A stretch of DNA of 64,000 bases from an uncultured Acidimicrobiia bacterium (lineage in GTDB: Bacteria; Actinomycetota; Acidimicrobiia; Acidimicrobiales; AC-14). Positions 40,853 to 53,193 of this stretch are shown piece after piece; positions within the stretch are counted from its first letter, which is position 1; each line of letters begins with the position of its first letter. The notes beneath the pieces were generated by a model. It had not been told where the DNA came from. It saw only the letters and a program-made list of their open reading frames with translations, and searched no databases. The position numbers and the translations under genes were made by a program. The DNA lies in contig CAWIIV010000017.1 of assembly GCA_963836205.1 (NCBI GenBank), positions 196,936 through 260,935 of the forward strand, in the 5' to 3' direction.

Positions 40853-41950
40853 ATGCGGGCGGTGGTGTGGCACGGCCGGAACGACGTGCGGGTCGACGAT
40901 GTCGACGATCCCCGGGTCGAGGAGCCCACCGACGCCGTCGTCCGGGTGACCGCGACCGCCATCTGCGGCTCCGACCTGCACCTGTACACCAAGCTGTGGC
41001 CGATCCTCGACGAGGGCGACCTCCTGGGGCACGAGGCGGTGGGCGAGGTGGTCGACGCCGGCCGCGACGTGGTGCACGTCCGGCCCGGTGACCGGGTGGT
41101 GGTTCCCGCCAACGTTGCGTGCGGGTGGTGCCTCCAGTGCCTCGACCGGATGTACTCCCAGTGCGAGACCGCCCAGATGAACCCCTTCCGCCTCGGCGCC
41201 CAGGCCGAGTACGTGCGGGTGCCGCAGGCCCAGTTCGGTCCCATCAAGGTCCCCGACGACGGGGCCGAGCTCCGCTACGTCCTCCTGGCCGACGTGCTCC
41301 CCACCGCCTGGCAGGCGGTCGAGTACGCCAACGTCCGCCCCGGCGACACGGTCTCTGTCCACGGCCTGGGTCCCGTCGGCCAGCTGGCCGCCCGCATCGC
41401 CCTCCACCGGGGCGCGGGCCGGGTGATCGGCGTCGACCAGGTCCCCGAGCGGTTGGACATGGCCGCCCGCCACGGCGTCGAAACCCTCGACTTCCGCGAC
41501 GTCAAGGACGCGGCCGAGGCCATCGCCGACCTCACCAACGGCGGCCTGTGCCACGCCGCCATCGACGCGGTGGGGATGGAGGCGTCCGGCTCCCTGCGGG
41601 ACTCGCTCCTCCAGGCCACCAAGGTGCAGCCCGACAAGCTGGCCGCCCTCCAGAGCGCCCTGGGTGCCTTACGGCGGGGCGGCACGCTGTCGATCGCCGG
41701 CGTCTACGGGGGGCCGTTCCCGATGTTCCCCCTGGGCGACCTGTTCGACAAGCAGATCACCGTCCGCATGGGCCAGGCCAACGTGAAGCGGTGGGTCGAC
41801 GACCTCGTCCCCCTCCTCGCCGGCGACGCCGATCCCCTCGGGCTCGACGACCTCGTCACCCACCGCATGCCGATCGAGCAGGCCCCCTATGCCTACGAGA
41901 TCTTCCAGAAGAAGATGGACGGCTGCGTCAAGGTCGTCCTGGAGCCCTGA
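40853..41950 (+). CDS. Zn-dependent alcohol/formaldehyde dehydrogenase (MDR family)
   Basis: ICGSDLH, GHEAVG, CGWCLQC..C, LADVLPTAW, GLGPVG. Confidence 0.93.
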   Translation: MRAVVWHGRNDVRVDDVDDPRVEEPTDAVVRVTATAICGSDLHLYTKLWPILDEGDLLGHEAVGEVVDAGRDVVHVRPGDRVVVPANVACGWCLQCLDRMYSQCETAQMNPFRLGAQAEYVRVPQAQFGPIKVPDDGAELRYVLLADVLPTAWQAVEYANVRPGDTVSVHGLGPVGQLAARIALHRGAGRVIGVDQVPERLDMAARHGVETLDFRDVKDAAEAIADLTNGGLCHAAIDAVGMEASGSLRDSLLQATKVQPDKLAALQSALGALRRGGTLSIAGVYGGPFPMFPLGDLFDKQITVRMGQANVKRWVDDLVPLLAGDADPLGLDDLVTHRMPIEQAPYAYEIFQKKMDGCVKVVLEP

Positions 41951-41971
41951 GCGGCCCTACTCCCACTCGCC

Positions 41972-43501
41972 TCATTCCCATTCAATGGTGCCGGGCGGCT
42001 TCGACGTGATGTCGAGGGCGACCCGGTTGACGCCGGGGACCTCGGCGATGATGCGGCTCGACAGCCGTTGGAGCAGGTCGGAGGGCAGGCGGGCCCAGTC
42101 GGCGGTCATGGCGTCGTCGCTGGTGACGGCCCGGATGACGATCGGGTAGGCGTAGGTGCGCTCGTCGCCCATCACGCCCACGGTGCGCACCGCGATGAGC
42201 ACGGCGAAGCTCTGCCACAGGTCGCGGGCGAGGCCGGCCCGCTTGATCTCCTCCACCACGATGGCGTCGGCCCGGCGCAGTATGTCGAGCCGCTCGGGGG
42301 TGACGGTGCCCACGATGCGCACGGCCAGGCCCGGCCCCGGGAATGGCTGGCGCCACACGATCTCCTCGGGCAGGCCCAGCTCCTCGCCCATGGCCCGGAC
42401 CTCGTCCTTGAACAGGTTGCGGAGGGGCTCCACCAGCTCGAAGTTCATGTCGTCGGGGAGGCCGCCCACGTTGTGGTGGGACTTGATGCGGGCCGCGTCC
42501 TTGCCGCCCGACTCGATCACGTCGGGGTAGAGGGTGCCCTGGACCAGGAAGCGGGCGTCCTCGAAGTCGGTGGCCACCTCCTCGAAGACCCGGATGAACG
42601 TCTCCCCGATGGCCTTGCGCTTGGTCTCGGGGTCGATGACGTCGTCGAGCGCCTCCAGGAAGCGGTCGGACGCCTTCACGTGCACCAGATCGATCCTGAA
42701 CTGGCGGCGGAACGTGTCCTCCACCTGCTCCGACTCGCCCGAGCGCATGAGGCCGGTGTCGACGAACACGCACGTGAGCTGGTCGCCGATCGCCTTGTGG
42801 ACGAGGGCGGCGGCCACAGCCGAGTCGACCCCGCCCGACAGCCCGCACAACACCCGCTCGCCGTCCACCTGGGCCCGGATCTTCTCCACCTGGGTCTCGA
42901 TGATCGACGTCATCGTCCAGGTGGGGGCACAGCCGCACACGTCGTAGAGGAAGTGCTTGAGCACCTCCTGGCCCCGGGGGGTGTGGGCCACCTCGGGATG
43001 GAACTGGACGCCGTAGATGCGCCGCTCGGCGTCCTCCAGGGCGGCCACCGGCACCACCTCGGTGCGGGCGGTGACCTTGAAGCCGGGCGGGGCCTGGACG
43101 ATGGAGTCGCCGTGGCTCATCCACACGTCCTGGGCGACGGGCAGGTCGGCGAAGAGGGCGGAGCCGGCCGTGACCTCCAGGCCGGTCCGGCCGTACTCGG
43201 CCACGTCGGTGCGGGCGACCACGCCACCGAGCTGCTGGGCCAGGAGCTGGGCTCCGTAACAGATGCCCAGGACGGGAATCCCGGCGTCGTACACCGCCGG
43301 GTCGAACGACGGCGCCCCGTCGACATGGACCGACGCCGGCCCCCCGCTGAAGATGATCCCGGCCGGCTTGCGGGCCAGGAGATCGGCGAGGGGGATGTCG
43401 CGGGAAACGATCTCGCTGTAGACGTGGGCCTCGCGGACGCGCCGAGCGATGAGCTGGGCGTACTGCGCACCGAAGTCGACGACCAGAACCGTCTCGTCCA
43501 A
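41972..43501 (-). CDS. guaA: GMP synthase (glutamine-hydrolyzing)
   Basis: [48 protein letters not shown]. Confidence 0.98.
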   Translation of the reverse strand: MDETVLVVDFGAQYAQLIARRVREAHVYSEIVSRDIPLADLLARKPAGIIFSGGPASVHVDGAPSFDPAVYDAGIPVLGICYGAQLLAQQLGGVVARTDVAEYGRTGLEVTAGSALFADLPVAQDVWMSHGDSIVQAPPGFKVTARTEVVPVAALEDAERRIYGVQFHPEVAHTPRGQEVLKHFLYDVCGCAPTWTMTSIIETQVEKIRAQVDGERVLCGLSGGVDSAVAAALVHKAIGDQLTCVFVDTGLMRSGESEQVEDTFRRQFRIDLVHVKASDRFLEALDDVIDPETKRKAIGETFIRVFEEVATDFEDARFLVQGTLYPDVIESGGKDAARIKSHHNVGGLPDDMNFELVEPLRNLFKDEVRAMGEELGLPEEIVWRQPFPGPGLAVRIVGTVTPERLDILRRADAIVVEEIKRAGLARDLWQSFAVLIAVRTVGVMGDERTYAYPIVIRAVTSDDAMTADWARLPSDLLQRLSSRIIAEVPGVNRVALDITSKPPGTIEWE

Positions 43502-43594
43502 GGCTCCAGGCTACCCGCCACCGGCAGGGACCGCGACGAGGACCCGACCCCGGCGCCGTTGCCGTGGTCGGATCTCGTGAGGACGTGGATGCGG

Positions 43595-44290
43595 TCAGAT
43601 CACCTCGTTGAACGGCTTGGCCCCGGAGACGTCGACGTACTCGGTGCCGCCGTTGCCCCACACCTTGATCTTGAAGGTGAAGGACCCTCCGTCGAGCTGG
43701 GACTCGTCGACGGTGAACGTGATCACGTTCTCGCCGTGCCCCCCGAGGTCGCCGGTGGTGTCCGACAGGGAGACCCACGGCTTGGTGGCGGCCGCCCACT
43801 GCATGGGCTCGTCGCCGACGTTGGCGACCGTGATCGACCCGACATACACGCCGGTCTTGAGGTTGACCGGGTCGGGGGTCACCGACAGGGTGGCGGCGAC
43901 GGGCTCGACGGGCGGCTGGGGCTCCTCCGCCTCGGGCGGGTCGCCCGACTGGTCGACGTCGGGCTGGTCGACGTCGGGTTGGTCGACATCGGACTGGTCG
44001 ACATCGGACTGGTCGACGGCGGGTTGGTCGGCGGCGGGTTGGCCGGACGGGCCGGCATCGGTGCCGAGGTCGTCGCCGTTGACGACCTCGACGCCCACGC
44101 CGCCACCGTCGCCCGACGAGTCGGGGGAGGGGCCAAGCCCGGCCAGGCCGAGGAGAAGTCCCACCACGGCCACGCCGGCTCCGGCGGCAACCCAACGGGC
44201 CAGGCGGGGCCTCCGGTCGGGGCCGCGGGGCGGGGTGGGCTGCGAGAGATCGCTGCGGGGCGGGGCGACAGTGGTGTCGGTGCTGTTCAT
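43595..44290 (-). CDS. Membrane-anchored protein with DQ(P/S)DV repeats and BACON/Ig-like C-terminal domain
   Basis: AGGAG SD; TM helix; 15-bp repeats ~43949-44040; ITVANVG..MQW...PWVSLS..G. Confidence 0.75.
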   Translation of the reverse strand: MNSTDTTVAPPRSDLSQPTPPRGPDRRPRLARWVAAGAGVAVVGLLLGLAGLGPSPDSSGDGGGVGVEVVNGDDLGTDAGPSGQPAADQPAVDQSDVDQSDVDQPDVDQPDVDQSGDPPEAEEPQPPVEPVAATLSVTPDPVNLKTGVYVGSITVANVGDEPMQWAAATKPWVSLSDTTGDLGGHGENVITFTVDESQLDGGSFTFKIKVWGNGGTEYVDVSGAKPFNEVI

Positions 44291-44313
44291 GGCTGGCTCC
44301 TTGGGGCTGTTCG

Positions 44314-44712
44314 TTGACGTACAGCCGTTCAGAGCGGGCCGCCCGCCCGACCTTGCAGAAACTCGGCCGCCGGCGCGAGATTGAGCGGATCATCAGGCAC
44401 CCCGTCGACTTCGACGCCCGAGTTCTCGTCCGGGGGGTGATCCTGGCCGGGAGCGCGTTCCTTCTCCTCACCCACGGCGGCGCCATCGTCGGAGCTCCCG
44501 CCCTCCTCCCCCTCCTCGCCTGGGTCGCCCGCGGCTCCGGGTCGCGAGGGGTCGGCGTCGCCGCCGCCATCCTGGCCGGGCTGACCTCAGCCGAGGTGGC
44601 CTGGGCCGGGGTCTACGTCACCATCGGCGAGAAGAGCCCCTGGATCGTGGCCATCCCCGTCCTCGCCGGCGGCCTCGTCACCGTCTGGTTCCTCCGCGGG
44701 GCCCTCCGGTGA
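44314..44712 (+). CDS. Small hypothetical membrane protein
   Basis: Three to four hydrophobic segments, high GC3 in the 3' part; start uncertain. Confidence 0.6.
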   Translation: MTYSRSERAARPTLQKLGRRREIERIIRHPVDFDARVLVRGVILAGSAFLLLTHGGAIVGAPALLPLLAWVARGSGSRGVGVAAAILAGLTSAEVAWAGVYVTIGEKSPWIVAIPVLAGGLVTVWFLRGALR

Positions 44713-44730
44713 GGGCGGCCGGCGACGGGG

Positions 44731-45894
44731 TTAGGCGCCCATCCCGATGCCCTGCGACCGTTGCAGGCTCTTGCCCTCGGTCTTCAGGGCCGGCGCCACC
44801 ATGACCTCGGCCTTCTGGAACTCCTTGACCGTCTCGTAGCCACAGGTGGCCATCGAGGCTCGCAGACCCCCGAAGAGGTTGAGCTTGCCGTCGTTCTCGT
44901 GGGCGGGGCCGATGAGGATCTCCTCCAGCGTCCCCCGGATGCCCACCTTCACCCGTGCCCCCCGGGGCAGCGTGGGGTGGAAGGTGGCCATGCCCCAGTG
45001 GCAGCCCCGGCCGGGCGCCTCGATGGCCGCGGCCAGGGGCGAGCCGATCATCACCGCGTCGGCGCCGCAGGCGATGGCCTTGGCCACGTCGCCCCCTGTG
45101 CTCATCCCGCCGTCGGCGATGACGTGGACGTAGACGCCCGTCTCGTCGAGGTGGCGCATGCGGGCGCCGGCGGCGTCGGCGATGGCGGTGGCCTGGGGAA
45201 CGCCCAGCCCGAGCACGGCCCGGGTGGTGCACGCCTGTCCCGGTCCGACGCCCACCAGGATCCCGACCGCCCCCGTGCGCATGAGGTGCAGCGCGGCCTG
45301 GTACGACGCGCACCCGCCCACGATCACGGGGATCTCCAGCTCGCGGATGAAGCGCTTGAGGTTGAGGGGCTCGACCGTCTTCGACACGTGCTCGGCCGAC
45401 ACCACCGTGCCCTGGATGACCAGCAGGTCGAGCTCGGCGGCCAGGATGGCGGGGGCGAACTGGGTGGTGCGCTGGGGCGTCACCGACGCCGCCGACACCA
45501 CCCCCGCCTCCTTGATCTGCTGGATGCGGGCGCCGATCAGCTCGGGCTTGATGGGCTCGGCGTAGATCTCCTGCATGCGGGCGGTGGCCTTGTCGGCCGC
45601 CAGCGAGGAGATCTCCTCCAGGTAGGGCTCGGGGTCTTCGTAGCGAGTCCAAAGGCCCTCGAGGTTGAGGACGCCCACCCCGCCCAGGCGGCCGATCTCG
45701 ATGGCCGAGGCCGGGCTGATGACACCGTCCATGGCCGCTCCCATGAGGGGCAGGCCCAGGCTGTAGGCGTCGACGTGCCAGGAGATGTCGACGTCCTCGG
45801 GATCGCGTGTGCGCCGGCTGGGCACGATGGCGATGTCGTCGAACCCATAGGCCCGACGTCCCGATTTCCCGATCCCGATCTCGACTTCAGCCAC
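44731..45894 (-). CDS. guaB3: GuaB3-family IMP dehydrogenase-related protein
   Basis: [47 protein letters not shown]. Confidence 0.93.
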   Translation of the reverse strand: MAEVEIGIGKSGRRAYGFDDIAIVPSRRTRDPEDVDISWHVDAYSLGLPLMGAAMDGVISPASAIEIGRLGGVGVLNLEGLWTRYEDPEPYLEEISSLAADKATARMQEIYAEPIKPELIGARIQQIKEAGVVSAASVTPQRTTQFAPAILAAELDLLVIQGTVVSAEHVSKTVEPLNLKRFIRELEIPVIVGGCASYQAALHLMRTGAVGILVGVGPGQACTTRAVLGLGVPQATAIADAAGARMRHLDETGVYVHVIADGGMSTGGDVAKAIACGADAVMIGSPLAAAIEAPGRGCHWGMATFHPTLPRGARVKVGIRGTLEEILIGPAHENDGKLNLFGGLRASMATCGYETVKEFQKAEVMVAPALKTEGKSLQRSQGIGMGA

Positions 45895-45968
45895 GACGGA
45901 TCACCCCCAGGTCCCGAGAATACCGGCGGGCGGTGGGCCGCTCCGGCAATGCCGCGAAGCGGACAGCT

Positions 45969-46145
45969 TCAGTAGCTCTCGAGCTCGACGGCCAGCTTGG
46001 CCTGCTCGGCTGCGGCCTCGAGCAGTTCCTTCATCCCCCCGAGCTTCAGGTTGCTCATCACCCGTCCCGGCGGGGTGTCGCCCTTCTCCCACTCCATCCA
46101 GGAGCTGAGCAGTTTGACGGGGTCGGGGGGGAGGCGGGGTTCCAC
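45969..46145 (-). CDS. Small hypothetical protein (58 aa, below the ORF-track cutoff)
   Basis: MEPRLPPDPVKLLSSWMEWEKGDTPPGRVMSNLKLGGMKELLEAAAEQAKLAVELESY; TACGCT 7 nt before GTG; high GC3. Confidence 0.7.
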   Translation of the reverse strand: MEPRLPPDPVKLLSSWMEWEKGDTPPGRVMSNLKLGGMKELLEAAAEQAKLAVELESY

Positions 46146-46246
46146 GGGGACGAGCGTACTTCAGGGCCCCGACGCGCCGAACCGGTGGCACCCCCTCGGG
46201 ACACCACCGGTTCGGATCGCAACAACAGGGCGTTTTGGAACGCCGA

Positions 46247-48207
<1,961 letters not shown>

Positions 48208-48225
48208 TGCTGGGTCGACCTCCGG

Positions 48226-48252
48226 TTAGCACTCTCTGGTATCGAGTGCTAA
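48226..48252. promoter_or_regulatory. CIRCE element (HrcA operator)
   Basis: TTAGCACTC-tctggtatc-GAGTGCTAA, perfect consensus upstream of groES. Confidence 0.97.
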
Positions 48253-48282
48253 CGATACCGGGCTCCCGGCCGGTTCTCAAAC

Positions 48283-48504
48283 ACAGTCGGGGGGCTCCGC
48301 CCCCCGGCACCCCCCCGAGGCACGGCTTGGGCCGCCGTCGTCGGGCTGTTTGCTTGTTCCGACCGCCCACGGCGCCGTCGGCGCCGGGCGGTCGGTGGAA
48401 CGCTCCGCGTTCCACGGCCCGCAAGGCCGGGCCCCCTGCGGTTTTGACTCTGGGGGCCGTCGGGGGGCGCTTCCCAGCCCCCCGACTGTCAGCCCCCCGA
48501 CTGT
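48283..48504. repeat. Structured REP/MITE-like element with 14-bp terminal inverted repeats
   Basis: acagtcggggggct (48283-48296) vs agccccccgactgt (48476-48489 and again 48491-48504), with internal hairpins. Confidence 0.7.
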
Positions 48505-49557
48505 TCACGCCAGGCGGAGGTTGGGATTCACCCCGATGTCGAGGGGGCTGGGGCCGTCGGACTTGTAGCGCCACCAGGCGGCGGCGGCGACCATGGCCGC
48601 GTTGTCGGTGCACATCTCCCGACTCGGGAGGAAGGGCTGGAGGCCGTCCTCGTCGCAGGCGTCGAGGATGCGCTCCCGGAGGAGGGAGTTGGCGGCCACC
48701 CCGCCGCCGAGGCACAGGGTCTTGGCGCCCGTCTCCTTCGCCGCCCGGCGGGCCTTCTCGACCAGCACGTCGACGGCGGCCTTCTGGAACGAGGCGGCCA
48801 CGTCGGCGGTGGCCACGTCGGGGTGGGCCTTCACGTAGCGGATGGTGGCCGTCTTGAGGCCGCTGAAGGAGAAGTCGAAGCCACCGGGCATGGGCCGGGG
48901 CAGGGGGACGGCGCCGGGGTCGCCCACGATGGCCAGCCGGTCGATCGCCGGTCCGCCCGGGTAGCCGAGGCCGAGGAAGCGGGCCACCTTGTCGAACGCC
49001 TCGCCCACCGCGTCGTCGACAGTGGTGCCGATGAGCCGGTACTTCCCGTGGTCGTCCATCGACACGAGCATGGTGTGGCCGCCCGAGACGAGAAGGACGA
49101 GCAACGGGGGCTCGAGCGTGGGGTCCTCCAGGAAACAGGCGTAGAGATGGGCCTCCATATGGTTGACGGCCACGAACGGCACGCCCCACACGAGGGAGAG
49201 CGCCTTGGCCGTGCTCACACCCACCAGCAGGGCGCCGGCCAGGCCGGGACCGACGGTGGCGGCGACTGCGTCGAGCTGGTTGCCCTCCAGGCCCGACTCC
49301 ACCAGCACCCGGGCCACCACCGGTGTGAGCAGCTCGACGTGGGCCCGGCTGGCGATCTCGGGCACGACCCCCCCGAACCGGGCGTGGAGGTCGACCTGGC
49401 TCGACACCACCGACGACACGACGTCGGTGCCGTCGGCGACGATCGCGGCCGCGGTCTCGTCGCACGACGTCTCGATGCCCAGGATCCGGAACTTCCCGTC
49501 GTCTCCATTGGTGGGCCCGTTGGTGGTGGGCCCCGGGCCGTTGGTACCTGTGCTCAT
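48505..49557 (-). CDS. tsaD: tRNA threonylcarbamoyltransferase TsaD
   Basis: ILGIETSCDET, GGVVPEIASRAH, NHMEAH, SGGHT, DDAVGEAFDK, CTDNAAM. Confidence 0.97.
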   Translation of the reverse strand: MSTGTNGPGPTTNGPTNGDDGKFRILGIETSCDETAAAIVADGTDVVSSVVSSQVDLHARFGGVVPEIASRAHVELLTPVVARVLVESGLEGNQLDAVAATVGPGLAGALLVGVSTAKALSLVWGVPFVAVNHMEAHLYACFLEDPTLEPPLLVLLVSGGHTMLVSMDDHGKYRLIGTTVDDAVGEAFDKVARFLGLGYPGGPAIDRLAIVGDPGAVPLPRPMPGGFDFSFSGLKTATIRYVKAHPDVATADVAASFQKAAVDVLVEKARRAAKETGAKTLCLGGGVAANSLLRERILDACDEDGLQPFLPSREMCTDNAAMVAAAAWWRYKSDGPSPLDIGVNPNLRLA

Positions 49558-50192
49558 GGACGCTCCGTCCCTGCCTCGTCCGGCGAATACATCGGGGGTT
49601 CGTTGGGGCCGTCGTCGAACGAGCGCCCGTCGTGCAAGAGGGTGACACCCGGGATCCCGGCCTCGATGCGCTCCAGGCGCAGCCGGTACTCGGGGCCGTC
49701 GACGTCGTGGGCCCACATCACCAACGCATCCTCGTTGGTCTCGACGTAGTAGTTCTTCCGGATGCCGGCCGGGGCGAAGCCGAACTGGCGGTACAGCTCC
49801 TGGGCGGCGGCGTTGCCGACCCGCACCTCGAGGGTGAGGCTGGCCACGCCCCGCGTCACGCCTTCCCGCACCAGGGCCAGCAGCACCCGGCTGGCCAGCT
49901 TGCGCCGATGCCAGGCGGGGTCGATGGCCAAGGTGGTGATGTGGCCGTCGTCGCCGCTCACCATCAGGCCCCCGTAGCCCACCACCACGCCCTCGATCCG
50001 GGCCACGTAGTACACCCGGCTGTTGCGCAGGGCCAGCTCGCTCATGAACAGCCCCAGCGACCACGGCCTTGGATAGACCTGGGCCTCGATCCGCAGCACC
50101 GACCGCAGATGCCGCCTCCTCATCGGCACCAGGTGCACGACCAAGTCGTCCGAGCCGGCGACCTCGCCCTCCCGCCGCCGCGCCTGCACCAT
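49554..50192 (-). CDS. rimI: Ribosomal-protein-alanine N-acetyltransferase
   Basis: HITTLAIDP, LEVRVGNAAAQELY..FGF..GIRKNYY..EDALVM. Confidence 0.93.
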   Translation of the reverse strand: MVQARRREGEVAGSDDLVVHLVPMRRRHLRSVLRIEAQVYPRPWSLGLFMSELALRNSRVYYVARIEGVVVGYGGLMVSGDDGHITTLAIDPAWHRRKLASRVLLALVREGVTRGVASLTLEVRVGNAAAQELYRQFGFAPAGIRKNYYVETNEDALVMWAHDVDGPEYRLRLERIEAGIPGVTLLHDGRSFDDGPNEPPMYSPDEAGTERP

Positions 50193-50223
50193 CAGTGGGA
50201 TGCCCCTCGCGCCACGACCGGAA

Positions 50224-50909
50224 TCACCGGTTCCACGAGATCTCGGCGTCGCTGCGCCGCAGGTAGAGGGGCATGAGGTCGGTGGCGGGGACGAACTCCT
50301 CCCGGATGGCACGGGGGTGGGCCAGCTCCACCAGGGAGGCGGCCGACGGGTAGGCCTTCACGATGTCGGAGGCGTCGAAGCGGGCGACCTCGCGAAGCAC
50401 GTCCTGGTAGCGGACGGCGCCGTCGCCGACGAGGAGGCACTCCTCGCCCCGGGCCAGCAGCTCCGACGCCAGCTCGTCGGCCGTGCCCAGCTGGTAGGGC
50501 GACAGCCGCTGGGCCCCCCCGGGACCTGGCGGTAGAAGGCGTAGAAGACCTCACCCCGGCGGGCGTCGATGACGGCGGCGATGAGGCGGCTGCTGTAGCG
50601 CATGGGGAAAGCGAGCAGGTCGAGGCTCGACACCCCCACCGTCGGCACCCGCAGGGCCTGGGCCATGGCCTTGGCCGTGGCCACGCCCACCCGCAGGCCG
50701 CTGAACAGCCCGGGGCCGATGTCGACGGCGACGGCCGAGATCTCCGACAGCTCCACCCGGGCCTGGCGGCAGACGAACTCGATGGCGGGGGCCAGCGTCT
50801 CCACGTGGCGGCGGCCGCGGGCGGAGTGGAACTCGGCCAGTACTCCCTCGTGGCCGCCGATGGCGCAACCCACCTGGGCGGTGGCGGTCTCGATACCGAG
50901 GATGAGCAT
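50224..50909 (-). pseudogene. tsaB: TsaB, frameshifted in a G7 run at 50514-50520 (probably sequencing error)
   Basis: ILGIETAT, GPGLFSGLRVG, DARRGEVF; adding one G gives ..QRLSPYQLG..LVGDGA..PLYLRRSDAEISWNR*. Confidence 0.9.
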
Positions 50910-50911
50910 GC

Positions 50912-51451
50912 CTAGATCCGATCCTCGGGGGCCACATGGCGGGAGGCGGGATCGCCCGGGGGCCGGTCGCCGGCCACGGCCCAGGCGGCGACGGCCCGGC
51001 GCAGGGCGGCCGCCCGGGGCGGCCAGGCCGGACCCACCCACCGGATGGACAGGAAACGCTCGTCGTCGTCGTCGCCCGGGCTCATCCGTATCTCCAGGAA
51101 GTCGGCCGGCAGGGCGGGAGCGACGACGTCGCCCCACTCGATCACCGTCACCCCGCCGTCGTCGAGCAGCTCGCTGAGGCCGAGGTCGTGCAGCTCCTGG
51201 ATGTGCTCCAGGCGGTAGACGTCGAGGTGCAGGAGCACCAGCCGGCCGGAGTAGGGACGGGCGAGCACGAAGGCGGGGCTGGTGACGGGCTCGGTGACGC
51301 CGAGTCCCCGGGCGAACCCCTGGACGAAGGCGGTCTTGCCCGCCCCCAGGTCGCCGGCCAGGAGGAGCAGGTCGCCGGGCTTGGCCAGGGGGGCGACCTC
51401 GGCCGCCAGCGTCCGGGTGTCGTCGACCGAGGTGGTGCGGGCGTTGATCAC
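50912..51451 (-). CDS. tsaE: t6A biosynthesis ATPase TsaE
   Basis: LAGDLGAGKTAFVQG, VTSPAF, HLDVYRL, IEWG. Confidence 0.95.
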   Translation of the reverse strand: MINARTTSVDDTRTLAAEVAPLAKPGDLLLLAGDLGAGKTAFVQGFARGLGVTEPVTSPAFVLARPYSGRLVLLHLDVYRLEHIQELHDLGLSELLDDGGVTVIEWGDVVAPALPADFLEIRMSPGDDDDERFLSIRWVGPAWPPRAAALRRAVAAWAVAGDRPPGDPASRHVAPEDRI

Positions 51452-52014
51452 GCCGGCACCCGGGCCGTGAGGTGCTTCTTGGCCCGTACCAGGTCGGCTC
51501 GCATCTGGGCCGCGGCCTCGCCCCCGCTGCGAAGCACGGCCGCCGGGTGATAGGTGGGGATGAGCACCCCCCGCCGGAAGGGGTAGGCCTTCCCCCGCAG
51601 CCTGGTGATGCCCTCGGTGGTGCGCAGGAGGAGCTTGGTGGCGAAGTTGCCCAGGGTGACCACCACCGACGGGTCGACCAGGTCGAGCTGCTGTCCGAGC
51701 CACGGGCTGCAGGCTGCGACCTCGTCGGGCAGGGGGTCACGGTTGCCGGGAGGACGGCATTTCACGACGTTGGCGATGTAGAAGTCGGCCCGGGTGAGAC
51801 CCATCTCCTCCAGGATGACGCGGTCGAGGTACTGGCCCGACCGGCCCACGAACGGCATCCCTTCGATGTCCTCCTGGGCTCCCGGCCCCTCGCCGACCAC
51901 CATCATCTCGGCGTGGGGGTTCCCGACACCGAACACCACCTGGGTCCGCCCCTCCGCCAAGCGGCACTCGGTGCAGGCCAGCGCCTCGCGCTCGACGTCA
52001 GCGAGGGTGGCCAT
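51448..52014 (-). CDS. Uracil-DNA glycosylase, family 4 (Fe-S)
   Basis: CTECRL, GEGPGAQED, PFVGRSG, VKCRPPGNRDP, TYHPAA. Confidence 0.95.
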   Translation of the reverse strand: MATLADVEREALACTECRLAEGRTQVVFGVGNPHAEMMVVGEGPGAQEDIEGMPFVGRSGQYLDRVILEEMGLTRADFYIANVVKCRPPGNRDPLPDEVAACSPWLGQQLDLVDPSVVVTLGNFATKLLLRTTEGITRLRGKAYPFRRGVLIPTYHPAAVLRSGGEAAAQMRADLVRAKKHLTARVPA

Positions 52015-52055
52015 GATCCCCGAATGCTATCGCCCGACCCCCGCCCGGTGGTCGG

Positions 52056-53189
52056 TCAGCGGTACACGCGGGGCACGCGAGCCCCGATGCCGGTGAGGAC
52101 CTCGTAGGCGATCGTGCCCAGGCGCCCCGCCCACTCCCAGGCGGTGACGACCTCGTCACCCTGGCGGCCGAGGAGCACGACCTCGTCGCCCACCGCCACC
52201 GTCCGGCCACCGCCTCCGCTGGGGCCACAGTCGACCATGAGCTGGTCCATGGTGACGGCCCCCGCGATCCGACACCGCCGGCCGCCGACGAGGACCTCCC
52301 CACCCGCTCCGGTGAGACCCCAGGGGACGCCGTCGGCATAGCCGATGGGCACGGTGGCCACCACCGTGGGCCGCTCGGCCCGGAACCGGAGGCCGTACGA
52401 CACGCCCTCGCCGGCCTCCACCTCCTTGACCAGGGAGATCCGGGCCTTGAGGGCCAGGGCCGGCCGGAGGGCGGCGGTGCGGTCCTCCAGGGCGGGGCTG
52501 GGGGCGACCCCGTAGGCGGCGATCCCGCACCGGACGAGGTCGTGGTGGGAGTCGGCGTGGGCGAGCAAACCCGCCGAGTTGCAGGCGTGGGCCAGGGCGG
52601 GGCGGACGCCGAAGCCGGCCAGCTCGCCGAGGACGGCCGCGAAGCGCCGCTCCTGCACCGCGGTGAAGGGGTCGTCGGGGGCGTCGGCCACCGGGAAGTG
52701 GGTCCACAGGCCCTCCAGCGAGAGCTCGGGCCGTTCCTCCACGGTGAGGGCGAGCTTCACCGCGCCGGCCGCCGTGGCCCCCACCCGGTGCATGCCGGTA
52801 TCGACCTTCACGTGCACGGCCAGCGGGTTCCCGGCGGTGGTGGCGGACGCGGCCGCGGCCGCGGCCACCCCGTCCTCGGTGTAGACGGTGGGAGTCAGGC
52901 CCAGACCGACGACGTCGGCCATGGCCTCGGCCGGCGGCTCCGAGAGCAGGAGGACGGGGCCGTCGACGCCGGCGTCGCGGAGCTGGGCCCCCTCCTCCAC
53001 CAGGGCCACCGCCAGCCACGGCGCCCCCGCCTCCCGCGCCGCCCGGGCCACCTCCACCGCCCCGTGCCCGTAGGCCCCGGCCTTGACCACGACGCACATC
53101 CGGGCCGGAGCGGCCAGGCCGGCGAGCAGGCCGACGTTGTGGCGGACGGCGGCCAGGTCGACCTCCGCCCACACCGGCCGGAGGGTCAC
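52056..53189 (-). CDS. alr: Alanine racemase
   Basis: VVKAGAYGHG, KVDTGMHRVG, GVSYG, PIGYADG, TMDQ, GTIAYE. Confidence 0.96.
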   Translation of the reverse strand: MTLRPVWAEVDLAAVRHNVGLLAGLAAPARMCVVVKAGAYGHGAVEVARAAREAGAPWLAVALVEEGAQLRDAGVDGPVLLLSEPPAEAMADVVGLGLTPTVYTEDGVAAAAAASATTAGNPLAVHVKVDTGMHRVGATAAGAVKLALTVEERPELSLEGLWTHFPVADAPDDPFTAVQERRFAAVLGELAGFGVRPALAHACNSAGLLAHADSHHDLVRCGIAAYGVAPSPALEDRTAALRPALALKARISLVKEVEAGEGVSYGLRFRAERPTVVATVPIGYADGVPWGLTGAGGEVLVGGRRCRIAGAVTMDQLMVDCGPSGGGGRTVAVGDEVVLLGRQGDEVVTAWEWAGRLGTIAYEVLTGIGARVPRVYR

Positions 53190-53193
53190 CCGG

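Noticed and set aside
39297-40949. 550-aa response-regulator fusion
   Set aside because: A receiver fragment without a stop runs antisense through the 39789..40781 gene; the C-terminal part is not protein-like.
50511-50523. tsaB frameshift as programmed frameshifting or phase variation
   Set aside because: One base is missing in a G7 run of a normally essential gene with both halves intact; a homopolymer sequencing error is much more likely.
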